Shown here piece by piece: positions 1-11,807 of a stretch of DNA of 64,000 nucleotides. The position numbers and the translations under genes were made by a program. The DNA lies in assembly GCF_036365525.1 (NCBI RefSeq), contig NC_090421.1:1747982-1811981 (forward strand). Reading direction: 5' to 3'. Every line of letters begins with the position of its first letter. Position 1 is the first letter of the stretch. Origin of the DNA: Heterodontus francisci. Lineage: Eukaryota. A model generated the notes under the pieces. It saw nothing but the letters and a program-made list of their open reading frames with translations. It was not told the DNA's origin and searched no databases.

Positions 1-39
1 GATTTGCTGGGGAGCAATTTCCCACTCCCACAACTTGCT

Positions 40-410
40 CTTCGCCTCTCCTGAAGGTGCTGATTCTTAGTTGGGGTACTGCTCCAGGTGCACCAGGCAC
101 TCTCCAGTACCTTGCCCAAGTGGCTATTGTCCATGTGTATGCCCAGTGAATGTTAGCAGGCTATCCATGCCTGGAGGGCATCACAGCCAAGCTGGGTTCT
201 GTTTTTAAATGATACCTAAGCATGTATTTTCTAGTGGGACTCATTGGAATCAGGAGCAGTAATCTAACTGTGCAGCTCAGGGATATCAAGGTCAAGGGTC
301 ACACTTGCACTAGTCAACTGGGCTGAGATACACTATCTCAACATAGACCAGGGATCAAACCTGGGACCTTCCTGGTCTGTGTGGCTGAGCTGCACACCAG
401 GCATGGAACC
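40..410 (-). mobile_element. Old tRNA-derived SINE, same family as 59365-59750
   Basis: Reverse-complement similarity, including CAGACCAGGAAGGTCCCAGGTTTGATCCC. Confidence 0.45.
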
Positions 411-1204
411 TACCAACTGAGCCCAACACTACCTTGACATGAATTCTGTAGAGTCATGTAGAAGATGTGTTGTGGACAGCTGTCTGTAATGTGATTAACG
501 TCTCCATAAATGAGGTTGATCAGATAACTTAAGTAGGTCCATTTCTCCTCTCGTATTGTTGGCCAGTGCATATCCTGCACTGGTGTCACTAGCAACAAAT
601 GTTCCAGAAAAACAAAACTAGAATATTTTGTAACTTTATACCTAAGACACTCAAACTGAGGCTACTTTATGATATTACTGCGTCACTCCGATCATTTTGT
701 ATTTCACTGACATTTCTCTAGCTGGGCGTTATGAATCAGGCCATTCAGAATAACCATGGCCAATTGTCACTCCGTGCTGTATATCTTTTCATACCACTGT
801 GGCTCACAAATTCTTGAATGCGCTTTTCAGATTAATATCCATTTGGTCTATGAGTTAAATTTCTAGCACAGAAGCAGAGTCCAAATCAGCCTACCCATAT
901 TGCACAACTACAGAACGACGAAGGAACAGCTGCAATTGTAATACTTTGGAAATTAAATTTTCTGACGCCGCATTCCACAAGTTCACAGGACACGCGGTGT
1001 AGATCAATCGCTTTCGGTGTATTTTGGGGTAGGGTGACATCCTTGCAATCAGTTTGGTTCCTGATACTTATATTGAAGATGGCATTTTTCTTTAAGTTGC
1101 AGACCGTTCTCCTTTACGTAATAAAATTCTATGTTTGGATCAGAGTAATATCCAATCAGAGATATGTATTAGTTGGCTATGATTATTTTTGATTTTTTTT
1201 GTAG

Positions 1205-1578
1205 CTGACCCCTGTGTCCAAGTGGATGGGAGCCCAAAATGTTGTTTTTTTAAATATAGCCCCAAAATAACATTTACAAACGTGGTGCGAGCTCACCTGT
1301 GGGTTTACCTGCGTCCAGTCCTGCACACCTCCACTATATACCTGCAGATCCTCAGGCTGAAACCCGTGACGGAGAAGGGCAGCAGGCATTCGCGGATCCG
1401 ATCCTTAAAAATTGACTTAAACTCCCGCAATGGACGCTGGCAAAGTATCGACTTTAAGCACGTGCTGCAGAACTGGTTCAAGCAACCTCACACCAACTGG
1501 GGCATTGAGATCAACGCCTTTGATATGAACGGCAACGACCTGGTTATCACATCTCCAGGAACTGGAGAGAAGGGACTG
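1205..1578 (+). CDS. GDF11: GDF11 coding exon 2 (TGF-beta propeptide)
   Basis: Polypyrimidine tract and AG at 1203-1204; GTGAGT donor at 1579; 374 nt. Translation DPCVQVDGSPKCCFF...RIRSLKIDL...WQSIDFKHVLQNWFKQPHTNWGIEINAFD resembles the GDF11 prodomain. Synteny with SARNP favours GDF11 over MSTN. Confidence 0.93.
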
Positions 1579-1655
1579 GTGAGTATCGTTCACTTTAAGT
1601 CCTCTGTATCAAGGAGATACATGTATCTCCAGTTTCAACAGCATCATACACATAT

Positions 1656-1696
1656 AGAGTTCTGATGAAGGGTCATTGACCTGAAACGTTAACTCT
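1656..1696 (+). ncRNA. Minimal type I hammerhead ribozyme motif (Penelope-type)
   Basis: AGAGTT-CTGATGA-A-GGGTC/ATT/GACCT-GAAA-CGTT-AACTCT: conserved core, 6-bp stem I, 5-bp stem II, palindromic ACGT stem III. Confidence 0.7.
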
Positions 1697-1795
1697 TGTT
1701 TCTCTCTCCACAGATGCTGCCAGACCTGCTGAGTATTTCCAGCACTTTTTGTTTTTATTTCAGATTTCCAGCATCTGCAGTATTTTGCTTTTATT
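1656..1795 (+). mobile_element. Short non-autonomous Penelope-derived repeat (pLTR-like)
   Basis: Matches the 3' end of the GIY-YIG fragment at ~17020-17100 and the copies at 5347, 8988 and 45735. Confidence 0.7.
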
Positions 1796-3439
1796 GCACA
1801 TGTGCTTAAAGATACCATCGTGTCAATGATCACCAATGCTAAAAAAAAAACTGTTTCCAATGGCAGGAGGGTGGGTAACCAGAGGACACAGATTTAAGAT
1901 AACTGGCAAAAAAAAAGAGGGACTAGGAGGAGGAAAAATGTTTATACAGCGCATTGTCATGATCTGGAATACACTGCCCAAATAGGACATCGGAGAGGCT
2001 GAACAGCACGGCAGAGCTTTTTAATAGTTTACTTCTGTTAATGTCCGTTTAAAGTATCTATTCCAGATAAAAATCACCGCTCAGCTGATTAAAGTGCTGG
2101 TGCGTGGAGCACAATTAAAACCTTATACGCCTGGACCAATTAACGCGACAACTGCAGTGCAGCAAAATTTGTTTTCAGCAGACACTCTGCCAAAGAGTTA
2201 AGTTGCTCCACTGTTGAATTAACCCCAGCTCAGTGGTTTGGCTAATTCCTAGCTAATCATTTTAATTCCCCCATTGGTGGAAAACTGATAAATTGTTATC
2301 TGAAGGGCCATTAAGAAGGCATGAACAGCCCTTCACGAGCAATTCCCCCTCCCACGTTCATGGGGCGTGGGCCAGGCCAGGCTGTATTGCCTTCAAGAAG
2401 GTGGTGGAGTCACCTTCTTGAACCGCTGCAGTCCATGTGATTCAAGTACTCTCGCAGTGCTGTTAGGAAGGGATGCAGACGTCTCAGAACGAGTTGTTTC
2501 AAATTTCACACCTTTCTCTTGGACAGAGACCTGACAGCACAAAGGGAAAAAGACGAGCACAGTTTTCTGCTAGCTTCAATGCAGATGTTAACTGCAGAAA
2601 ACATCTCCAGCAATTCGTGAGGCTACAATGATAGCTGTTGTAGGAAATGGAATTGCCACATGTGATGCAATAGGAGAGTACTGTTCTAAGGTTGTGGCAA
2701 CATAGCATAGCTTCCTGAGTAAATCCAATCCCACTAAAACAGATGACCTGTTTATTTATCACATTGCTGTTTGTGGAACTTTGGCGCAAATTTGCTGCTT
2801 TTTTAACATTACAACGACTACACTTTAAAAAGGTATCTCATTGGCTGTAAAGCAGTTTGGGACATTGAGTTTGTGAAAGGTGCAATATAAATGCAAATTC
2901 TTTCCTTATAATGGCTAAAGAATTCCTTGCTTACATAGCTGTGTTCCAACATGCTTGACGTCTCCATACGCATCACTACAGCACACTCATTCCCTTATGC
3001 TCCTGAAGACATGGACTCATGGTGAGATATGGCTCCACATGCACCAAAAGCCCTATTTTACTTGAGCGAGCCTAAACATTGAGTGTCGCAACTAATTTGG
3101 CTGGGAATGAGGAGTAGGGGCAGCAAACCTGTTCCTAGCCTCATCATCCAAACAATTGAAGCTCATCCAAGTCAATGGCAAGGGCTTTGTGCTTGACAAT
3201 ATTTACAGCTCGCCATTATCATTTTGCAGACCTGGTCTTACCTGACCAGTCCTATTCATTAATCCACATGGTGGAGAGCAAATGCATACTCATAGGAGGA
3301 GGTGCAACACTGGGAATCCAGCTAGGTACACCACCATAATTTTCCTTTACTCATGAAGATTGAATGAGAAAACAGAATTGAACAGTGTCTCACCTTAAGG
3401 CACGCTGGGAGTAACATTCCTCCCAGCATGCAATGGTAA

Positions 3440-4025
3440 GTGGTTGTTAGGAGTATGCAAATTTCAACAATGTGTCTTAAATGGAAATGGCTACTGGGAA
3501 TATGTGAATTCTAACACATTTAAACTGACTGCTGGAAGTATGGGAATGTGAATTTGAACAATAAATTTGAACAATAAATTTAAAATGTCTACTTAGCATA
3601 TGTGAATTTTAGCAATGCATTTAAAATGGCTGCTAAGGCTATGTGAATTGTAATAAAGCGCATAAAATGGCGAATAGGAATATGTGAATTTTAATAAGAA
3701 TAAATCAAATCTAACTGCACATTCAAGATATGTTCTGAAATTGGGCTGCACCGAAACATAAACTTGCTGACCGACATTTCAAGCATTTCCAGAATCCGCA
3801 ATAACTTGCATTTAAATTGCTGCTGGGATTTTAGGAACGTTCTCAATGTTTTTAAACTGACTTCTGTGAATACGCGAATTTTAACACATTTTGTAATCAT
3901 TCTATGAAATCTGCTAGGTGTATGTGAATATTGGCAATCTATTAAAGATGGTTGTTAACAATCTCCTAAATTTAACTGTGTATTTACAATGGCTGTTTGG
4001 AGTATCAACATTTTGACAATGCGTT
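3440..4025. repeat. Degenerate AT-rich ~40-bp tandem repeat
   Basis: Recurring AAAATGGCTRCTAGGAATATGTGAATTTTAACAATGCATTT-like units. Confidence 0.7.
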
Positions 4026-4209
4026 AATTTCCGACACTGCGTGCGGAGTGAATGGCGCTAACTAGCACGGAGGAATAAATCAAGGCATTTTGCATTTGAT
4101 TTAATATTTTGCCTGTTGTCCTATTGTAGCAGAGCAGATTTAGTATTATCGTGGCATTATGAAGGTTTATCGATACACTTCAATGAAAATGTTTATTTTC
4201 TTTTAACAG

Positions 4210-4590
4210 CAACCATTCCTGGAAGTCAAAGTGGCAGAAACAAACAAACGTACACGGCGAAACCTCGGGCTGGACTGTGATGAGCACTCCACGGAGTCGC
4301 GCTGTTGCCGCTACCCGCTAACAGTTGATTTTGAGGCCTTTGGCTGGGACTGGATTATTGCTCCTAAACGATACAAAGCCAACTACTGCTCCGGTCAATG
4401 CGAGTACATGTTCATGCAGAAATACCCACATACCCACTTGGTGCACCATGCCAATGCCCGGGGCTCAGCAGGCCCCTGCTGTACCCCAACCAAAATGTCG
4501 CCCATCAATATGCTTTACTTTAATGACAAGCAACAGATCATCAACGGGCAAATTCCAGGCATGGTGGTTGATCGATGTGGCTGCTCTTAA
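4210..4590 (+). CDS. GDF11: GDF11 coding exon 3 (furin site and 109-aa mature TGF-beta domain)
   Basis: ttttaacag acceptor; QPFLEVKV...RTRR|NLGLDCDEH...[12 protein letters not shown]...FNDKQQII...[14 protein letters not shown]11-type residues present (NLGL, QCEYMFM, D89, Q91, G100); 9 cysteines. Confidence 0.95.
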   Translation, partial: QPFLEVKVAETNKRTRRNLGLDCDEHSTESRCCRYPLTVDFEAFGWDWIIAPKRYKANYCSGQCEYMFMQKYPHTHLVHHANARGSAGPCCTPTKMSPINMLYFNDKQQIINGQIPGMVVDRCGCS

Positions 4591-5346
4591 AAGCAAAAAA
4601 AAAAAAATCAACCAAACTTCCTTTCCCCTGTCCTTGGGAACTGAAACGTTCATTGTTCTTCAATGTTACGTTAAAACTACACCATGCGCTGTGCAATAGC
4701 GGACAAAGAAATAGAGAATTAGGCCTCAAGGTGGAGTCTCATCATCAGGAAACCTTTTTAAAAACGAGCTAGTTAATAAGAACTAGGACTAATTTTGATT
4801 CCAGATTTCGGTTTTCTTCCCCTCCCACACACAGTGACTGCTGATGGCATTATTAGAGCAAATCATTTTGGAGGTGTTACTATGAGTGAAATAAATTAAC
4901 ATATTCAAAAGTGAAGGCAAAGCACCCTGGGTAAATTGTATCAACTGACCTGAGTTTTGTTTCCATACAGGCTTTGAATCAGTAACCCTCCAAGACCTTG
5001 TCCGCGATGATGCCATCAAACCTCAGTTTAGACAAAAACTAATTTTTAACAAAAGAGAAAGATCAAGTGGGTGTTGATGGTACATCAAATGATTCTGTAC
5101 AATAGTTTGATTGCTTTTTTAAACAGGGAGTGCCGACAGTGGGACTTTAAGAAAAGCAGTCTAAATATGGAGCAGGGATGCTCTTAAAGTTTACAAATTC
5201 TTCCTCAAAAAATGTTTGTGAAGACGTCAGTCAACTGTAGACAGACGAAGTCCTGGAGAGGAAGTGTAATTTTTATTCATAGCTGAACTCATTCACCTGA
5301 AAGAGAAAACCTAGGAAGGCAAAGAAAGTTTGGGACGAGACCCAGA

Positions 5347-5465
5347 ATAGTTTTAATGAAGGGTTTAACCCTAAACATTAACTTATCTCTTCTAGCCGCC
5401 TGACCTACTGTGCATTTTCAGCATTCTATGCTTTTATTTCAGACTTCCGATTTTTGTATTTTTCC
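5347..5465 (+). mobile_element. Degenerate Penelope-derived short repeat
   Basis: Diverged match to 1656-1795; hammerhead core decayed (TTAATGA...TAAA). Confidence 0.5.
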
Positions 5466-6269
5466 TTCACCTTTACTCAAAGTACTGAACAATTGAGAAA
5501 GTCTCCTAACAGGAAACCTTTTTAGCTTCTTTCACTGAAGAATTTGGTACATTTGCGATCACACCCTTACCCAACCCAACCCATCAAAGCTTTAACTCAA
5601 GGGGGAGTGGAATATAAATGGGAAGGAGGCAATGTTTCAGTTTTATAGAACTTTGATCAAACTATACCAGAAATGATACCAGGGCTAAAAGGGTTAAATT
5701 ACAAGGTCAGGTTGCACAGAGTAGGGCGGATATAATCGAGATGTATAAAATGAGTTGATAGGATCGAGAGAAACTATTTCCTCTGGTGGGATAGTCCAGA
5801 ACAAGGAAGCATAACGTTAAAATTAGTTAAACCATTCAGGGGTGATGTCAAGAAGCACTTATTCATACAAAGGATAATGGAAATCTGGAACACTCTCCCT
5901 CCACCGCACCACCACCACCACCCCAAAACCAAAAGCTGTGGATGATGTGGGTCAATTGTAGCTTTAGAGGGTGAGATCGCGAAGTTTTTATTAATGGCGA
6001 CTCTATCCAAAAGAGTGTACCTTGACCACAGTGCCGAAGATGGAATGCGTTCTCACTTCTGGCACCCAGTGTCAACATCAAGCGCTTGAGATCAGTGGCA
6101 AGCTCCCTCCTCTCTGCTCAAGTCAGTACTAAGCGTTCCTTCTGATTTACCAGCCATGATTTTCCTGTTTATTAAACTGAATGGGGGCAAAATCACAGGC
6201 TGACGAGAATGTGAACCAAAGCTCAGTCAATCTTGGAACTATCTGTGCAAAGAACAAGTAAAGAAGTAG

Positions 6270-6860
6270 GTCTTAAAGGGTTAAATTATGAGGACATGTT
6301 GCATAAACTAGGCTTTTATACCACTGAGTATGGAAAATTAAGGGGTGATCTAATTGTGTTGTTTAAAATAATTAAAGATTACATAGTTTCTCTCTATCTA
6401 CCCTATTTCCTTTGGGGGGGGGGGGGGGGGGGGAGGGTGCAGGGTCCAGAATAAGGGGGTATAACTTTAAAATTAGAACTAGGCCATTCAGGGGTGATAT
6501 CAGGAAGCACTCCTTCGCACAAAGGTTAGTGGAAATGTGGAACTCTCCCCCCCAAAAAGCAGTTGATGCTGAGGGTCAATTGAAAATTTCAAAACTGAGT
6601 TTGATAGGCAAGAATATTAAGAGTTAGAAACCAAGGTGGGTAGATGAGAGTTAAGATACAGATTAGCCACAAACTAATTGAATGGTCTCAAGCCTCAAGG
6701 CGCTGAATGGCCTCCTCTGTTCCTATGCAAAAGGCTTGAGGGACTGAATGGCTTCCTCCTGTCCTTCTACAACAGGCTTAAGGGGCTGAATGGCCCTCCT
6801 TCTGATCCTATATTACAGGATTGAGCAGGCTGAATGGCCTCTACTCCTGTTCCCATTGGC
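6270..6860 (+). mobile_element. CR1 3' end with tandemly repeated tail
   Basis: LRGDLI, RGDIRKHSF, WNS motifs, then four copies of a ~40-bp tail unit. Confidence 0.7.
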
Positions 6861-7159
6861 AGAAGGGTGGAGAACCAGAGGACAGCGATTTAAGGTGAAT
6901 TGGCCAAAGAACCAAAGTCAACATGAATTTTTTATGTAGTGAGTGGTTAGGTTCTGAAATGCACTACCTGAAAAAGTCGGGCGGGCGGGGTTGGAGGTGG
7001 AGGCAGGCTATGTAACAGGCTTGAAGGGGGAGAGGTCTCTTCCTTTTCCAATGACGCTATGCTTGGATTTTAAGAACCTGTAGATCATAAGATGTGGAGT
7101 GGTGGGGGAGGGGTGAGCACGTCCACAGTTTTGCAGTCCTAGGAAAGAATGTGATGAGA

Positions 7160-8040
7160 CTTAGAATAGAATCATAGAATGGGGTTACAGCACAGAAGGC
7201 CATTCAGCCCATCATATCTGTACCAGCTCCCTGTAAAAGCAATTTAGCTAGTCCCACTCCCCTGTAGACTGGTGATGTTTTTTCCCTTCAGATGCTTATC
7301 CAATTCCATTTTAAAGCCACGATTGAATCTGCCTCCACCCACAACCTCCCCCCTCTTTCCCCCTCCCCCCAATTTTTCAGGAACAGTTTCTCTTTATCTA
7401 CTCTGTCCAGACCCCTCATGATTTTGAACACCTCTAAACCTTTTTTCTGAGAACAGCCCCAACTTGTTCAATCTATGTAACTGAAGCCCCTCATCCCTGG
7501 AACCATTCTCATAAATCTTTTCTGCACCCTTTCTAAAGCCTTCACATCCTTCCTAAACTGTGGCAGCCAGAATTGGACACAATACTCCAGTTGAGGTCGA
7601 ATCAAAGTTTATAAAGGTTCATCATAACTTCATTGCTTTTATATTCTATGTCTCTATTTATAAAGCCAGATCACATATGTCTTTTAACCACTTTCTCAAC
7701 TGCCCTACCACCTTCAATGATTTATGTACATTTACCCCAGGTCTCTGTTCCTTAGAATGGTATCCTTTATTTTATATTGCCTTTCCTTGTTCTTCCTACC
7801 AAAATGCATCACTTCATATTCCTGTGTTAAATTGCATCTGCCATGTGTCCTCCCATTCCATCAGCCTGTCTCTGTCCTCTTGAAGTCTATCACTACCCTC
7901 CTCACATTCACTATACTTCCAAGTTTTGTGTTATCTGCAAATATTGAAATTGTGCCTGTATTCCCAAGTCTAAGCCATTAATATAGATCAAGAAAAACAA
8001 TGGTCCTAGTACCAACCCCCTGGGGAACACCACTGTACCT
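7160..8040 (-). mobile_element. Decayed CR1 fragment
   Basis: Remnants of the PQG-VLGPLFFLIYIN motif and a (CATAGAAT)-type tail. Confidence 0.7.
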
Positions 8041-8987
8041 CCTTGATAAGTCTTCATTTGAACATGGGAAAGATGCAGGGAGGAGGAAGTGCATAACAAG
8101 GCATTGAGATTAGAAGGAACCAGAGTGCAAAGTTTACAGCAGCATTGACTAAAGTCGTATCCCTACCCTCCAAGAATTTCGAGCAGGTTATTGCAATTAC
8201 TTACCCATCAATGAAGTCAGATCTAATTTTTCTCTCACCTTGAGCTGTGGTCACACTATCCCATTCTCTGGTGGACAAGAAGTCCATGAGGAGATCACAA
8301 CAAATACCATGACTAGCACTTTAAAAATATTCTCAGTGTTTAGACAGGATTCCCCATTGAGCTGTGTTTTTCCTAGGCTCATCAATATTCATGAGTATTT
8401 CTCTTTAATATGCATACCATGATGCTGACCTGCAAAACAGCTCATGAATATGCTGAGTAGTATACAGTGGCTGGAAATGGACAGAGAAAGAGTTGACAGA
8501 TGTTGCAATCAATTACAACCACTTGCATTGAGAAACAAGCAGTTTCATTAAACTCCAAAGATTGAAGGAAATGTAAATAAGTTAAACTGTAGCAAATTGT
8601 GACACATTTTCTGTGTGTGTCATTTTGTCCATGATACAAATGTTGAAATACCAACAAGGTCCTTAGGGGTCAGCATCACTATGCACATATTAAATCAGTT
8701 TGTGAATATTTGTAAGTATCAGTACGCTAGCCTCTCTCTCTCTCATCAGTTACTGAGATTTGTTTTAGAACGATAGAGGTTCCTGCTTCAAAACCAACTC
8801 TGGCCTCTTACACATCCCCAATTTTCATTGATGGTAGCTGTGCCTTCAACTGCCTGGGCCCTAAACCTCTTCCCTTTTAAGACACTCCTTAATACTTACC
8901 TCTTTGACTAAGCTTTTGGTCACTTTTCCTACTCGCTCCTTATGTGGCTTGGTGTCAAATTGCATTTGATAACGCTCCTTTTTTTCA

Positions 8988-9090
8988 TAATAAAAACAAG
9001 AAATGCTGGAAATACTCAGCAGGTCTGGCAGCATCTGTGGAGAGAGAAGCAGAGTTAACATTTCAGGTCAGTGCCCCTTCTTCAGAGCTC
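8988..9090 (-). mobile_element. Penelope-derived short repeat
   Basis: Reverse complement of the 1656-1760 type; CTGAAGA...GAAATGTTAACTC. Confidence 0.65.
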
Positions 9091-9480
9091 CTTTTTTATA
9101 TTCAGTCATGGGATGTGGGTGTTGCTGGCAAGGCCAGCATTTATTGGCCATCCCTAATTACCCTCGAGATAACTGAGTGGTTTGCTAGGTCATTTCAGAG
9201 AGCAGTTAAGAATCAACTACATTGCTGTGGATCTGGAGTCACTTGTCGGCCAGACCAGGTAAGGATGACAGATTTCCTTCCCTAAAAGGACATTAGAAAA
9301 TCAGATGGGTTTTTACAGTAATTTCATGGTCACCATGATTGATACTAGCTTTTTAATCCAGATTTTTATTTAATTAACTGAATTTAAATTCCCCAGTTGC
9401 CGTGGTGGGATTTGAACTCATGTCTCCAGATCTTTAGTCCAGGCTTCTGGATGATAGTCCAGTAATATTAGCACTATGCC
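9091..9480 (-). mobile_element. tRNA-derived SINE: head and body of the 31925-35192 LINE joined to its 3' tail
   Basis: 9171-9480 aligns with 34885-35192; 9091-9169 aligns with the LINE tail; B-box GAGTTCAAATCC. Confidence 0.85.
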
Positions 9481-11539
9481 TGTACCCTATACTGTACACT
9501 TCTGTAAAGCGCCTTAGAATGTTTTACTACAGTAAAGGCGCTGTATAAATGCAATTTACTGTTGAGGGAAAACTGCAGCAAGAGTGACAGTCTTTCTCTA
9601 CAATGGGCCACTCTCTCACAATCCTGGAAGAAACAACTTCGGCTGGTCATGGATGTGTGCCCGAGCAGTCAGATTAAGAATAGAACTGGCAGAGGCCTTT
9701 GAGCAGATTGCCAGCTCACTTTCTACTCTGTATGCTGGAGCAGAGGGAACCCAAAGAGTGGGACAGAGAAAAAAAAAATTGGCAGAGAAAATAATAGGCC
9801 ACTTTTGTACAAACAGCCCAAAGTGACCTCAGCTATATACAGCCTCAACCAGGTCTGCAAGTAGATAGGGAGAAAGTGTTTCCACTATTAGGAGAGTCGG
9901 TAACCAGAACACAGATTTAAGGTAACTACCAAAAAAGCCGGGGGGCGGTGGGGGATGAAGAATCTTTTTGAAAAAATGCAACGAGTTATGATCTGGAATG
10001 CATTGTCTGAAACAGCAGTGGAAGCAGATTCAATAGTAACTTTCAAAAGGGAATTGAATCTCAACTTAAAAAAAGAAAAACTTGCAGGGCTATGTGGAGA
10101 GTGGACTAATTGGATGGCTCTTTCAAAGAGTCAGCACAGGCACGATGGCTAAATGGTCTCCTTCTATACATCGTTTTAAGATAATCAGCACTGAATTCAC
10201 TGAGGTAGACCAGGGACTGGTGGAATTCTGTTAAAGTAGTCAGTGAAAATTGTAATTTATCTTGAGACAGGAATTTTCTTTACCTAGTAGATTCAAATAG
10301 GTCTCCAACATTGAAGGGGAGTAACAGTGCATCACTCCCAAATATGGACCACCTCACATACTTTGGGTGGGTACCAAATGATTCTGTAGCCCCCACAGTC
10401 TCAATAACTAAAAACAAAACTGCTGAGCTAACCTGTTTTTTCCTTCAAAATGAAGATCAAGAAAGTCAGTTGAGGCCCAAAGTGCAAAACACCAAGAGGA
10501 GAGAAATCAAGATGATGATTAAATGACACTAAAATTAGGTTTTAAAAAGCTGATAGATTAAGGGGAAAGAGAAGACCGAGTGAGGCGATCCACAATCCTG
10601 AAGTCATGGGAAGGGTGGAGAGAATAGGAAATGGTGCGACAAATCTTGATTTCAGCATGGTGAGGATGTAGGGAGGAGAAAGTGTGTAGGACAAGGCCTT
10701 TGAAGTTTAGAAGGGACAAAGTACTCTGTTGTAGCTCCATGGTCTGTGGTGTTTAATGACCATTTATTGGGTATATAGGTCTCTCCAACACCTATATAAT
10801 TCTTAACATGGCAAAGATCTGTCTACTGCCTGCTGAGCCTTCACACTCTTCATACCTGCTTTTGTGCTTTAAAACAGCAAAGCAGAGGCAACTTGGTAGC
10901 AGGCATTTTGTACTGAAAGCTTCCTGCAACCCAGATGAGAGGCTGCCTCATGTTTCCAAGAGCAAGTTGTTTTCCTCTTTTAAAGTAAAATCTAGAAAGG
11001 CTGTTCAATAGGTGAGGGGTACACAATGGAATTCACAGTCACCAATCCAATCTTAGGGTTCAAATGATCTTACATAGCATGAAAACAAAGCTCAAGCAGT
11101 TTGTCAAACAAACTTCAAGATCAGATTGTTGACTTGAATTCATGCATGGTATAACTGTCAGACATTAAATCTCATTTTATTTTCTTACTAGAGAATGTAG
11201 CCCATTTTATCTAGTGGATTCATTTTTTTTTAGTAGGTATCTGCATTAGAATGAAGTGCTGTATATATTGAACAGATTTACAATGTAGGATCTGAAGGTT
11301 CAGAGGACTGCATTAGAGCCTGCAATATTACTGTATCTTTTAACAGTAGCTTATTTTAACAGCAGCTTACAGGAAAATGTGTATCTTATGAAGAGAGCAC
11401 ATCTCCATAAGAGGTGTTAAGCACCTTGAAGACACAAAACACACATTGCATGAACCTCCATTGGACTGTAAGGTGGCGACATCTGTTGTGATGGCTGGGC
11501 CTTACGAAGTGGAAGTTTTTAGGCAGTTTACTAAGATAG

Positions 11540-11807
11540 TGGCCCTGATTTTTGAAAAGTAAAAGGACAGCAGGGGGGTGTGTGCAGGGACAGGGGCAGT
11601 AGGAATGGTGTGCATGAGCCCCGGAGTGGCCGGTGAACCTGGGGGCGTGGAGGCACAACCGATCTTAATGGCCAGGCCTCCTTTGAATAAATTTTGAACC
11701 CAGCAAGACCAACTACCTGGCTGGTGGACAGGAATGGTGTGGCCTCAGATTATTTTAACTCCTCCCATGCAACATTCACACTAGATGAGGGTTACAAATC
11801 AGGGCCA
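11540..11807. mobile_element. MITE-like element
   Basis: Perfect 12-bp terminal inverted repeat TGGCCCTGATTT / AAATCAGGGCCA; GC-richer non-coding interior. Confidence 0.55.

Noticed and set aside
1579-1665. ORF extension past exon 2 (VSIVHFK...)
   Set aside because: Read-through into the intron after a canonical GTGAGT donor.
1189-4590. Calling the gene myostatin (MSTN)
   Set aside because: Most diagnostic residues (NLGL, QCEYMFM, NDKQQ, PGM, SIDFK) and adjacency to SARNP indicate GDF11.
6413-6433. Long G homopolymer (also at ~16212-16229) as a G-quadruplex element
   Set aside because: Simple homopolymers within or beside repeats, with unreliable length and no evidence of function.
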